DNA from: Candidatus Eiseniibacteriota bacterium | GTDB taxonomy: Bacteria; Eisenbacteria; RBG-16-71-46; JABDJR01 | Assembly: GCA_963762255.1 (NCBI GenBank) | Contig: CAVXKA010000003.1 | Coordinates: 32,001 to 96,000 of the forward strand | DNA: 64,000 nt | Direction of reading: 5' to 3' | Shown here: positions 55,459 to 64,000 of the stretch, one piece after another | Position numbering within the stretch: the stretch's first letter is position 1 | Layout of the letters: each line of letters begins with the position of its first letter | Translations under genes and position numbers: made by a program | The notes under the pieces: model-generated | Databases searched by the model: none | Told to the model about the DNA's origin: nothing | What the model saw: the letters and a program-made list of their open reading frames with translations, nothing else

Positions 55459-56196
55459 CTAGCTCTGCCCCTCTTCGAACTTCCACTCGCGCTGGAACCG
55501 GTTGCTGGCGAGATCGACGGACCCGCCCTTGACCGAAGCGATCGGGATGCCCATGGGCTTTTCGATCGGCGTGTAGGCGCCGGTCGAATCGACGGTCTCC
55601 GCCAACTCCAGGAGCCGCGACGGGCTCTTCACGACCCGGCCCTGGCGCTGCGCGCGCGCGGCGGCGAGCTTGTCGTAGAAGATGGCCGAGAGTTCCCACT
55701 GGCCCTCGTGGGCGGCGCGGGCCTTGTTCGGCGGCTCATCCGAGCTGATGAGATCCTGGATGTGCTGCAGCGCCGAGACCAGATTCTCCGGGCGCGGCGG
55801 GCAACCGGGAATGTACACGTCCACGGGGACGACCTGATCGAGGCCCTGCACGGTCGAATAGGAATGGAACATGCCCCCGGTGCACAGGCAGGTGCCCATC
55901 GCGATCACCCACTTGGGCTCGGGCATCTGCTCGTAGATCTTCTTCGCCACCGGGGCCATCTTATGAACGAGCGTCCCCGCGGTGAGCATGAGGTCGGCCT
56001 GCCGTGGCGAGAAACGCAGCACTTCGGAGCCGAACCGGGCCATGTCGTAGCGGCTCGCCGCCGCCGCCATCATCTCGATGGCGCAGCAGGAGATTCCCAT
56101 CGGCATGGGCCACACCGAGTTCTTGCGGGCCCACTTCAGGGCAAAGTCGAGTCTCGTGGTCAGGATTCTGCTCAGGACTTCTTTTTCGAGCCCCAC
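55459..56196 (-). CDS. nuoB: NADH-quinone oxidoreductase subunit B with C-terminal extension
   Basis: [14 protein letters not shown] and [13 protein letters not shown]. Confidence 0.95.
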   Translation of the reverse strand: MGLEKEVLSRILTTRLDFALKWARKNSVWPMPMGISCCAIEMMAAAASRYDMARFGSEVLRFSPRQADLMLTAGTLVHKMAPVAKKIYEQMPEPKWVIAMGTCLCTGGMFHSYSTVQGLDQVVPVDVYIPGCPPRPENLVSALQHIQDLISSDEPPNKARAAHEGQWELSAIFYDKLAAARAQRQGRVVKSPSRLLELAETVDSTGAYTPIEKPMGIPIASVKGGSVDLASNRFQREWKFEEGQS

Positions 56197-56256
56197 GCGG
56201 TGCACCCCTTTCGAGCGGCAGCCCTGCGACCCGCGCGGGCTCCCGAATAGCCGACG

Positions 56257-56285
56257 AGTATAAGGGCATGTGAAAAGCGGCACAA
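56257..56285 (-). promoter_or_regulatory. nuoB promoter overlapped by a Rex/CRP-type palindrome
   Basis: TTGTGC-17 nt-TATACT, overlapped by TTGTGCCGCTTTTCACAT (56268-56285). Confidence 0.55.
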
Positions 56286-56358
56286 GTCCGCGGTCAATGA
56301 TGTACTTTAGCGCCGGGCATGGGGTTTGCAACCGCGCACACCACGCCCGCGACGCCGG

Positions 56359-56964
56359 TCAGGACGGCAGGAATCGCACGCGAGCCCAGAGGGCCAGGAG
56401 CAGCCAGAACTCCGCGTTGAGGGTCAGGGCCTCGACGCCCAGCGCCTTCCGCCAGCCCGGCCGGCCCGTTTCCCCCGCCTCGCCCGCTTGCGCCGGGCGC
56501 AAGCGCCACCACCAGGCGGGCACCGCACGGCGGTAGTCGGCTGCCTCGGTCGGGAAGGCGAGCGCGAGCGCGTGCTCCTCACGCCGGGCGTGCCCGACGT
56601 AGAGTGCGAGGAATCCGAGCCCCACCAGCGGCGCGAACCAGGGGCGACCCGCGCCGGTCATCAGCGTGAATCCCAGGGTGAGCGCGAAGTTCGCCCAGTA
56701 GAGCGGGTGGCGCGTGTGCGCGTACGGCCCGCGCGTGACGAGCTTGGCCGCGCGCGGCCGCGACGAGCGCGCGGTCTTCCCGAGGTGCGCCGCCGCCCAC
56801 AACCGCAGCGCTTCCCCCGCGGCCATGAGCGCCGCTCCCGGGACGACCCACTCCCGCTGCGGATCCGCGGCCCAGAGCGCATAGCCGATCGGCACGATCG
56901 GGACCAGCCCACGGTGCCGGTAGAGCCGCGCTCCGAGCGTGGCCTTCGGTTCCGTCACCGCCAT
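56359..56964 (-). CDS. Isoprenylcysteine carboxyl methyltransferase/PEMT-family membrane protein
   Basis: LVTRGPYAHTRHPLY, REEHAL and YRRAVP motifs. Confidence 0.88.
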   Translation of the reverse strand: MAVTEPKATLGARLYRHRGLVPIVPIGYALWAADPQREWVVPGAALMAAGEALRLWAAAHLGKTARSSRPRAAKLVTRGPYAHTRHPLYWANFALTLGFTLMTGAGRPWFAPLVGLGFLALYVGHARREEHALALAFPTEAADYRRAVPAWWWRLRPAQAGEAGETGRPGWRKALGVEALTLNAEFWLLLALWARVRFLPS

Positions 56965-56986
56965 GGCGTCCGTCCGCGCGGCGCCA

Positions 56987-58162
56987 TCACCGCTCCGGAG
57001 CGAACTCGGCGAAGACGGCGTCGCTCACGAACCGCGCATCCGGATGCAGCCGCACGCGTCCCCCTTCGCGGATCAGATGTCCCTGCGTCGCTAATCGGGC
57101 CGGCACCTCACCGAAGGCCCGGTCGATCGATTCACCCCAGGCCTCCTCGAACGCCGCCTCCGAGAATCCGCCGGCGAGGCGCAGTCGCAGGAAGACCCAC
57201 TCGAACCGCGCCTCGGCGCGGGGAACGGGTTGCGGAAGCGGAGCGCGTCCCCCCGGAGCGTAGGCCGCGACCCACGCGTCGAGCGTCGCCGGGTTCGCCC
57301 AGCGACGATTGCCGACCAGCGCGTGCGCCGAGGGCCCCAGCGCCATGAAGTCCTCGCGCCGCCAGTACTTCAGATTGTGCCGGCATTCGCGGCCGGCGCG
57401 GGCGAAGTTGGAGATCTCGTAGAGCGCGAGCCCCGCCGCCTCGGCGCGCGCCACCAGGAAATCGTACTGGGCACGCGCGACGTCGTCGTCCGGCCGCGGC
57501 AGCGCACCCGACGACACCGAGGCGGCCAGCGCGGTCCCCGGTTCGAGACCCAGGCAGTACGCGGAGAGGTGCTCGGGCGCAAGAGCCAGAATCCCTTCCA
57601 GCGACGCCGCAAACGTCTCCACGTCTTGCCCGGGCAAACCGTACATGAGGTCGAGGTTGAGATTGTCGAACCCCGCGTCCCGCGCGGTCCGTACCGCGCG
57701 CGCAACTTCCGCGACACCGTGAATGCGATCGAGCATGCGCAGTTCGCTCGGGTCGAGGCTCTGCACTCCGAGGCTCACGCGGTTCACCCCCGCGCCGCGC
57801 ATCGCCGCGGCGATCTCCGGGGTGAAGCTCTCTGGATTGGCTTCGCTGGTGAACTCGGCTTCGGGGAGAATCGTGAAACCCGCGCGCAGAATGTCGCCCA
57901 GTCGCGTCCACTGTCGCGGGGAGAGCGCCGAGGGCGTGCCGCCCCCGAGAAAGACGGTGTCCACCGCCGGCCGGTTGTTCCACGTTTCGCGCGCGCGGTG
58001 GGCGATCTCCGCGACGAGCCCCGCGAGCCAGGCCTCGGCGCGGCCAGCGTCGTACTCCCTCTTGGCGAACGCGCAGTAGCCGCACAGCGCCCTGCAGAAA
58101 GGGACGTGCACATAGAGTCCGGCCGCGGGGACTCCGGATGCCCGGAACGAGGGCTCGGTCAG
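56987..58162 (-). CDS. hemW: Radical SAM heme chaperone HemW
   Basis: LYVHVPFCRALCGYC, GGGTPS, YEISNF and HNLKYW. The start is inferred at a CTG overlapping the lepB stop. Confidence 0.88.
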   Translation of the reverse strand: MTEPSFRASGVPAAGLYVHVPFCRALCGYCAFAKREYDAGRAEAWLAGLVAEIAHRARETWNNRPAVDTVFLGGGTPSALSPRQWTRLGDILRAGFTILPEAEFTSEANPESFTPEIAAAMRGAGVNRVSLGVQSLDPSELRMLDRIHGVAEVARAVRTARDAGFDNLNLDLMYGLPGQDVETFAASLEGILALAPEHLSAYCLGLEPGTALAASVSSGALPRPDDDVARAQYDFLVARAEAAGLALYEISNFARAGRECRHNLKYWRREDFMALGPSAHALVGNRRWANPATLDAWVAAYAPGGRAPLPQPVPRAEARFEWVFLRLRLAGGFSEAAFEEAWGESIDRAFGEVPARLATQGHLIREGGRVRLHPDARFVSDAVFAEFAPER

Positions 58163-58862
58163 CGGATCAAGTCCCCGATGCGCGTCAGCCGTGGACGCAT
58201 CCGCTCTTTGTCCCAGGACCAGTAGATGAAGGTCGCCTTCCCCTTGATGAGGCTTCTTGTCGAGGAAGCCCCAGAAGCGGCTGTCGTCCGAGTTGTCGCG
58301 GTTGTCGCCCATCATGAAGAAGTGCCCGGGCGGCACGACCACCGGCCCGTAGTTGTCGCGATTCCCCGCGCCCGCCGGATAGATGCTGGGCTGCTTGTAG
58401 GTGATCGGCTCGATGCGCGAACTCGAGAAGTGAACGTAGGGCTCCGTCTGCGCGACGCCGTTGACGTAGACCACCTTGTCCTTGATCTGCAGGGTGTCAC
58501 CCGGCTCGCCGACCAGACGCTTGATGAAGTCACGGCTCGGGTCCTTGGGGAACTTGAACACGACGATGTCCCCGTGGCGCGGCTCGCGCAGCGCCGGAAG
58601 GCGCGCGTCGGTGAACGGAATGTGCGCGCCGTAGAGGAACTTGTTCACGAAGAGGAAGTCCCCCACGAGCAGGGTCTCCTCCATCGAGCCGGTCGGGATC
58701 CGGAACGCCTGGAACACGAAGCTCCGGATGAACACGGTGAGAATGACCGCGACGATGATCGCCTCCGCGTATTCGCGCAGGGTCGACTTCCTCTTCAGCC
58801 ACCGTCTTGGTCCCCGTTGCCCCGAGAGGGGCCGACTGGCCGGTCCGCAGTTCGTCGCTCAT
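58159..58862 (-). CDS. lepB: Signal peptidase I (two frameshifts)
   Basis: IPTGSM, FIKR and MGDNRDNSDDSRFWG; directly follows lepA. Confidence 0.92.
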
Positions 58863-60658
58863 CAGCGCTCCACCTTGAGGACGGCCAGAAAGGCGTCCTT
58901 GGGAATGGTGACGTTGCCCACTTGCTTCATCCGCTTCTTCCCCTCTTTCTGCTTCTCGAGGAGCTTGCGCTTGCGGGTGATATCTCCGCCGTAGCACTTG
59001 GCGGTCACGTTCTTGCGCATGGCCCCGATCGTCTCCCGGGCGATGATCCGGTTGCCGACCGTGGCCTGGATCGACACCTGATACATCTGCCGGGGGATCA
59101 GCTCCTTGAGCTTGGCGGCCACGCTCCGGCCCCATTCGTAGGCCTTGTCCCGGTGCACCAGGACCGAAAGCGCGTCCACCGAAGCATCGTTGAGCAGGAT
59201 ATCCATCTTGACGATGTGCGATTCCCGGTAGCCGATGTATTCGTAGTCCAGGGTCGCATATCCCCGCGAGATGGACTTCAATTTATCATAGAAGTCGAGG
59301 ACGATTTCGTTGAGGGGGAGCTCGTACACGAGCTTGACCCGCTCGGCGTCCAGGTAATGCATCTCGAGGTAGTTGCCCCGCCGTTCCTGGGCGAGCTTCA
59401 TGATGTTGCCGAGATAGTCCGTGGGGACGAGGATCGTCACCTTCACGAACGGCTCTTCCACGATCTCGATGCGCGACGGGTCGGGCATGCGGGCCGGGTT
59501 CTCCACCGAGATCACGTCGCCGGTGGTGAGCAGCACCTGGTAGCGCACGTTGGGCACGGTGGCGATCAGGTGGAGCCCGTACTCGCGCTCCAGCCGTTCC
59601 TGCACGATTTCGAGATGCAGCGGACCCAGGAATCCCGCGCGATACCCGAACCCCAGCGCCTCCGAGGTCTCCGGTTCGTAGGAGAGCGCGGCATCGTTGA
59701 GCGCGAGCTTCTCCAGCGCGGCCTTGAGCGCCTCATAGTCGTCGGTGTCGACCGGATAGAGCCCGCTGAAGACCATCGGCTTCATCGGCTTGTACCCGGG
59801 CAGGCGGCTCGGCGCCGGGTCCAGCGCGTCGACGACGGTGTCCCCCACCTTCGCGTCGCCGATGGTCTTCACCCCGGCGATGAGATAGCCGACGTCTCCA
59901 GGCTCCAGATGATCGCGCTTGATCATGTCGAGGCGGAACGTGCCGACCTCGAGCACCTCGTAGGTCTCCTCCGGATTCGAGAAGAACTTGATCCGCTGGC
60001 CCCGATCCAGCCGGCCGTCCACCACCCGCACGTAGGCCACCACACCCCGGAACTGATCGAAGACGGAATCGAAGATGAGAGCCCGCGTGCTGGCCTCTCC
60101 TTCCGCGGGGGGCGGCACCATGGCGATCACGCGCTCGAGAAGCTCCTTCACCCCCGAGCCGGTCTTGGCCGAGATGCGGAGGATGTCCTCGGGCTCCATT
60201 TCGAGGAGCAGCGCGAGCTGTTCGGCGATGATCTCCGGGTGAGCGCCGGGGAGATCGATCTTGTTCAGGCAGGGCACGAGGGTAAGGCCCGACTCCTTGG
60301 CCAGCAGCATGTTGGAGAGCGTCTGGGCCTGGATGCCCTGTGCGGCATCGACCACCAGGATCGCCCCCTCGCAGGCGGCGAGGCTGCGCGACACCTCGTA
60401 CGAGAAGTCGACATGGCCGGGGGTGTCGATCAGGTTCAACCGATACTCTTTCCCGTCCTCCGCCGTGTAATCCATGCTGATGGGGTGGGACTTGATCGTG
60501 ATCCCCTTCTCCCGCTCCAGATCCATGCTGTCCAGCACTTGGTCCTTCATCTGGTAGGAAGTGAGGGTGCCGGTCAGCTCGAGGAGCCGGTCGGCCAGAG
60601 TGGACTTGCCGTGGTCTACGTGGGCGATGATGCAAAAGTTGCGGACGTGATCCTTCAT
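58862..60658 (-). CDS. lepA: Elongation factor 4
   Basis: AHVDHGKSTLADR, DTPGHVDF and KCYGGDITRKRKLLEKQ. Confidence 0.97.
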   Translation of the reverse strand: MKDHVRNFCIIAHVDHGKSTLADRLLELTGTLTSYQMKDQVLDSMDLEREKGITIKSHPISMDYTAEDGKEYRLNLIDTPGHVDFSYEVSRSLAACEGAILVVDAAQGIQAQTLSNMLLAKESGLTLVPCLNKIDLPGAHPEIIAEQLALLLEMEPEDILRISAKTGSGVKELLERVIAMVPPPAEGEASTRALIFDSVFDQFRGVVAYVRVVDGRLDRGQRIKFFSNPEETYEVLEVGTFRLDMIKRDHLEPGDVGYLIAGVKTIGDAKVGDTVVDALDPAPSRLPGYKPMKPMVFSGLYPVDTDDYEALKAALEKLALNDAALSYEPETSEALGFGYRAGFLGPLHLEIVQERLEREYGLHLIATVPNVRYQVLLTTGDVISVENPARMPDPSRIEIVEEPFVKVTILVPTDYLGNIMKLAQERRGNYLEMHYLDAERVKLVYELPLNEIVLDFYDKLKSISRGYATLDYEYIGYRESHIVKMDILLNDASVDALSVLVHRDKAYEWGRSVAAKLKELIPRQMYQVSIQATVGNRIIARETIGAMRKNVTAKCYGGDITRKRKLLEKQKEGKKRMKQVGNVTIPKDAFLAVLKVER

Positions 60659-61209
60659 CGGGCCTCGCCTTGGGGCGGCGGTTCCAGGGGGCGGTCCCAG
60701 CGCAGCGTGAGGCGCGCGCCGAGCAGATCTTCATCCCGCGCGGGGATCCAGCCGACCTCGGCGTCCATGCGTCGATCGAAGTTCTTCAAGTGCGCATCCA
60801 CGTAAGCGTCCACCATGGATAGAATCGTTGTGAGCCCCATGAGCCAGTACTTGGCATTGCGATCGCTGTCGAAACGGTCGACCTCGGTCGTCCAGAACGC
60901 GAGGTCGGCGTCGGTCGTGGCGGCGTTCAGGCGCCCCACCGCGTCCATCTTGTCTTGATTGATCGAGATCGCCCAGCCGAGGAGACCTCCGTAGGCCCCC
61001 AGAAATCCCACGCTCTTGAGCCAGGCGTGGTTGGCGGCCTGACCCCACCCGGGGAGAATGAACGACCGCAGGGCGACGCTCCCCGGACTCGGTCCCGACC
61101 GTAGGGGTGCGGCTCGTCCCACCACCTCCCACGACTCGGACGTCCGAGGCACGGAGAGAGTATCGGCCGCCTGCGCCCCTGCCGGCCCCGCCGAGCAGGC
61201 GACCAGCAC
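60655..61209 (-). CDS. DUF5683-like membrane protein (start uncertain)
   Basis: RSFILPGWGQ and SMVDAYVDAHL motifs. Confidence 0.7.
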   Translation of the reverse strand: MLVACSAGPAGAQAADTLSVPRTSESWEVVGRAAPLRSGPSPGSVALRSFILPGWGQAANHAWLKSVGFLGAYGGLLGWAISINQDKMDAVGRLNAATTDADLAFWTTEVDRFDSDRNAKYWLMGLTTILSMVDAYVDAHLKNFDRRMDAEVGWIPARDEDLLGARLTLRWDRPLEPPPQGEAR

Positions 61210-61248
61210 CCCTGCCGCAGCCAGAGCAAGCGCCGCCCCCCTCCAAGC

Positions 61249-61346
61249 TGGCGGAGACGTGTGGGAATCGAACCCACCCCGAGCGTGATTAGCGCCCGGC
61301 ATAAGGATTTGAAGTCCTCGAGGCCCACCAGGGCCCGTTCGTCCCC
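61249..61346 (-). tRNA. selC: tRNA-Sec(TCA)
   Basis: 98 nt, anticodon loop CTTCAAA, 6-bp D stem with 4-nt loop (GGGCCC-TGGT-GGGCCT), long variable arm and GCCA end. Confidence 0.95.
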
Positions 61347-61361
61347 GTTGCAAGGCGAAAG

Positions 61362-61391
61362 AGTGTAGTGGGGATCGTGCCGGTGTGTCCA
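61362..61391 (-). promoter_or_regulatory. Putative selC promoter
   Basis: TGGACA-18 nt-TACACT, 15 nt upstream of the tRNA. Confidence 0.5.
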
Positions 61392-61396
61392 CGATA

Positions 61397-61783
61397 CTAG
61401 GCGAGCGCCACCACTTCGATTTCGACCCGCGCTCCCAGCGGCAGGGCCGCCACCTGTATGGTCGATCGGGCCGGGCGATGCCCGCCGAAGGCCTCGGCGT
61501 AGATCGCGTTCATGACCTGAAAGTCGGCCATGTCGGCCAGGAAGACGGTGGTCTTCACGACTCGGTTCAGGCCAGACCCCGCCTCGCTCAGCACGGCGGA
61601 GAGGTTGGCGAGAACCTGAACCGTTTCCGCCTCGACACCTCCCGGCACGAGCTTGCCGGTCGCGGGGTCGAGGGCAACTTGCCCGGCGGTGTAGACCAGC
61701 GAGGCCTCGGTGGACGGAAACTTGACCGCCTGACTGTAGGGACCTACCGCCTTGGGGGCGGCATCGGTGTGCACGAACTCCAT
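61397..61783 (-). CDS. ridA: RidA-family enamine deaminase
   Basis: APKAVGPYSQAV, VVKTTVFL, PARS and LPLGARVEIE. Confidence 0.93.
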   Translation of the reverse strand: MEFVHTDAAPKAVGPYSQAVKFPSTEASLVYTAGQVALDPATGKLVPGGVEAETVQVLANLSAVLSEAGSGLNRVVKTTVFLADMADFQVMNAIYAEAFGGHRPARSTIQVAALPLGARVEIEVVALA

Positions 61784-61852
61784 CGGCATTCTCCCGGGTT
61801 GATGCTCTCGCGCGCGCATGCGCGGCCACCGCTCACCGGGCCGCCGCGGTCG

Positions 61853-63681
61853 CTACTCCACGGTCACGCTCTTGGCCAGGTTGCGGGGCTGATCCACGTT
61901 GCAGCCGCGCTGCACGGCGATGTGATACGCCAGCAACTGCAGCGGGATCACGGTCAGGAGAGGATATAGCAACTCCTGGGTGCGCGGTACGTAGATCACG
62001 TGGTCGGCGCGATCACGGATCTCCTCGTCTCCCTCGCTCGCCACCGCGATGATCTTGCCCTTGCGCGCGCGGACCTCCTCCATGTTGGAGAGGACCTTGT
62101 CGTACGCGGAGTCCTGGATGCAGATGAAGACCACCGGCATGTTCTGGTCGATCAGCGCGATGGGCCCGTGCTTCATCTCCGCCGCCGGGTAGCCCTCGGC
62201 GTGGATGTAGGAGATTTCCTTGAGCTTGAGCGCGCCCTCCAGGGCCACCGGGAAGTTGAACCCGCGTCCCAGATAGAGGAAGTTGTTGTGATGGGCGTAG
62301 GCCTGAGCGATGGCCTTGATCTCCGCGTCGCTCTCGAGGATGCGCTCCATCTTGGCCGGGATCTCCTGGAGACCCTCGAACGATCCGCTGCCCCTGTTCG
62401 CGGCTCATGCCGCGCAGGCGCGCCATGCTCAGGGTGAGCACGGTCAGCGCCGCCACCTGGCTGGTGAACGCCTTGGTGGAGGCGACACCGATTTCGGGCC
62501 CGGCGTGGATGTAGACCCCGCCGTCCGACTCGCGCGCGATGGTGCTGCCCACGACGTTCACGACCCCGAGCGCGGGGGCGCCGCGCTTCTGGGCCTCGCG
62601 CATCGCGGCCAGGGTGTCGGCGGTCTCACCGGACTGGGAGATCACGAAGCAGGCGGTGCCCGCCTTGATGATCGGGTTGCGATAGCGGAACTCGGAGGCG
62701 TACTCGACCTCGACCGGGATGCCGGCGTATTCCTCGATGGCGTACTCGCCGATCATGCCGGCGTGCCACGAGGTGCCGCAGCCGATGATGATGATGCGGT
62801 CGATCAGTCGGAGCGCGTTCTTCTCCATGTTGAGCCCGCCGAGATGCCCCGTCCCCTCTTCGAGGAGGAGCCGCCCGCGGAACGCGTTCTGCACCGACTG
62901 GGGCTGCTCGAAGATCTCCTTGAGCATGAAGTGCTGCGAAGCCGCCCTTTTCGATCTGCTCCAGCTCCCACTCGACTTCCTGCACCTGCTTGGTCACGCC
63001 GCGCCCGTCGAGCGTGATGGTCTGAAACGAGTCGGGGGTGATGACCACCATCTCGCCGTCGTCCAGGTAGACCACGTTCTTGGTGTAGCGCAGGATGGCG
63101 CTCACGTCGCTCGCCACCCAGTACTCGCCGTCGCCCACGCCCACCACCAGCGGGCTCCCGTGGCGCGCGCCCACGATCTTGTTCGGCTCGCGCTCGCTCA
63201 CCACGGCGATGCCGTAGGTTCCCTCGACGAGGGCGAGCGCATCGGCCACCGCCTCCTCGAGGTTCCCCTGGTAGTACTTCTCGACGAGGTGGGCGAGCAC
63301 TTCGGTGTCGGTCTCGGTCTCGAAGACGTGTCCCTCGGACTGAAGCTTGCTCTTGAGGGTGCGGTAGTTCTCGACGATGCCGTTGTGGACGAGGGCGATC
63401 TCGCCGCTGCCGTCCGTGTGCGGGTGCGCGTTGGTCGTGGTGGGCGCCCCGTGGGTGGCCCAGCGGGTGTGGGCGATGCCGGTGGTGCCGGCCAGCGGGT
63501 GCTCCTTGAGGATCTCCTCGAGGGCGGAGATCTTCCCGGCCTTCTTGGTGACGTGGATCCCCGAGCCGTTGATGATCGCCACGCCGGCCGAATCGTAGCC
63601 CCGGTACTCCAGCCTTCTGAGGCCGTCCATGAGGATGGTCTGGCACTCCCGCCCACCCACGTAGCCCACGATACCGCACAT
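61853..63681 (-). CDS. glmS: Glutamine-fructose-6-phosphate aminotransferase (two frameshifts)
   Basis: [34 protein letters not shown] and [11 protein letters not shown]. Confidence 0.96.
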
Positions 63682-63732
63682 AAACAACTCCTTGCGATTC
63701 AGCCGATTACGGGCGAAGGCCCGCGTGAAACC

Positions 63733-64000
63733 TTAAGTCAGAGCCGTGCGCGCAGCCAGGATCAGCGCCCGGGCGCGGTCACGGGAGGGAGCCTCGGCGA
63801 TCACCCTTATGATCGGCTCCGTACCCGATTTCCTCAAGTGTACCCACTCCAGCCCCTTGGCCAGCCGGAGTCCGTCCCGGCGATCGATTTCCGGGCGATC
63901 CAGGAGCGCTCCCACCGCTGCCTCGGCCGCCTCCCAACGCGGCTCCGCGGTCAGCTCCACCTTCTCCTTGAGCATGACCAGGGCGGGCAAGGTCCCCGCC
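63733..64000 (-). CDS. glmM: Phosphoglucosamine mutase/phosphohexomutase C-terminus (partial)
   Basis: DGLRL...WVHLRKSGTEPIIRVIAEA, upstream of glmS. Confidence 0.8.
   Translation of the reverse strand, partial: AGTLPALVMLKEKVELTAEPRWEAAEAAVGALLDRPEIDRRDGLRLAKGLEWVHLRKSGTEPIIRVIAEAPSRDRARALILAARTALT

Noticed and set aside
51734-55462. Very long antisense ORFs (also 42877..45963, 39252..41342, 58226..60805)
   Set aside because: These are shadow frames of well-supported genes in GC-rich DNA and show no recognisable motifs.
54215-56196. Group 4 NiFe hydrogenase instead of NuoB/NuoD
   Set aside because: The large subunit lacks the CxxC nickel-binding motifs and has the NuoD GPQHPATHG signature.
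56987-58735. Apparent LepB-HemW fusion ORF
   Set aside because: An indel near 58250 joins them. The normal LepB C-terminus (IKGKATFIYWSWD) and its stop lie in another frame.
63682-63732. glmS ribozyme
   Set aside because: The intergenic gap is only ~50 nt, too short, and lacks the motif.

Overview
GC-rich bacterial chromosome segment, almost all on the minus strand. The lineage is inferred to be FCB-group (Eisenbacteria/Latescibacteria-like) from protein architectures only. Core genes: glmM (partial), glmS, ridA, selC, lepA, lepB, hemW, a partial nuoB-D-G-I cluster, icd, nrnA, dnaJ, rsmE, rpsU, mutS2, dnaG, rpoD, tRNA-Ile2, tRNA-Val, a C4 zinc-ribbon gene, rnhA, rnpB, and an Omp85 plus BamB-like pair. 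About 31 kb of accessory genes lie between rpoD and tRNA-Ile2: a compact type IV pilus/T2SS-like cluster, a GT-C glycosyltransferase (a second lies just beyond the tRNA), two-component and c-di-GMP genes, an RND pump, SOD and OmpA. Many genes, including essential ones, carry single-base frameshifts that look like sequencing indels. Best observations: (1) a secreted CBM6-like protein with an in-frame UGA followed by a bacterial SECIS-type hairpin and 61 more in-frame codons, with tRNA-Sec in the same window, i.e. a candidate unrecognised extracellular selenoprotein; (2) a CxxC-x9-CxxC insertion in the regulatory loop of isocitrate dehydrogenase; (3) PilM-PilN and PilO-PilP fusions in a PilT-less pilus/T2SS cluster; (4) a ~186-nt rod-like RNA upstream of rpsU. 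All calls are by eye; no database searches were run.
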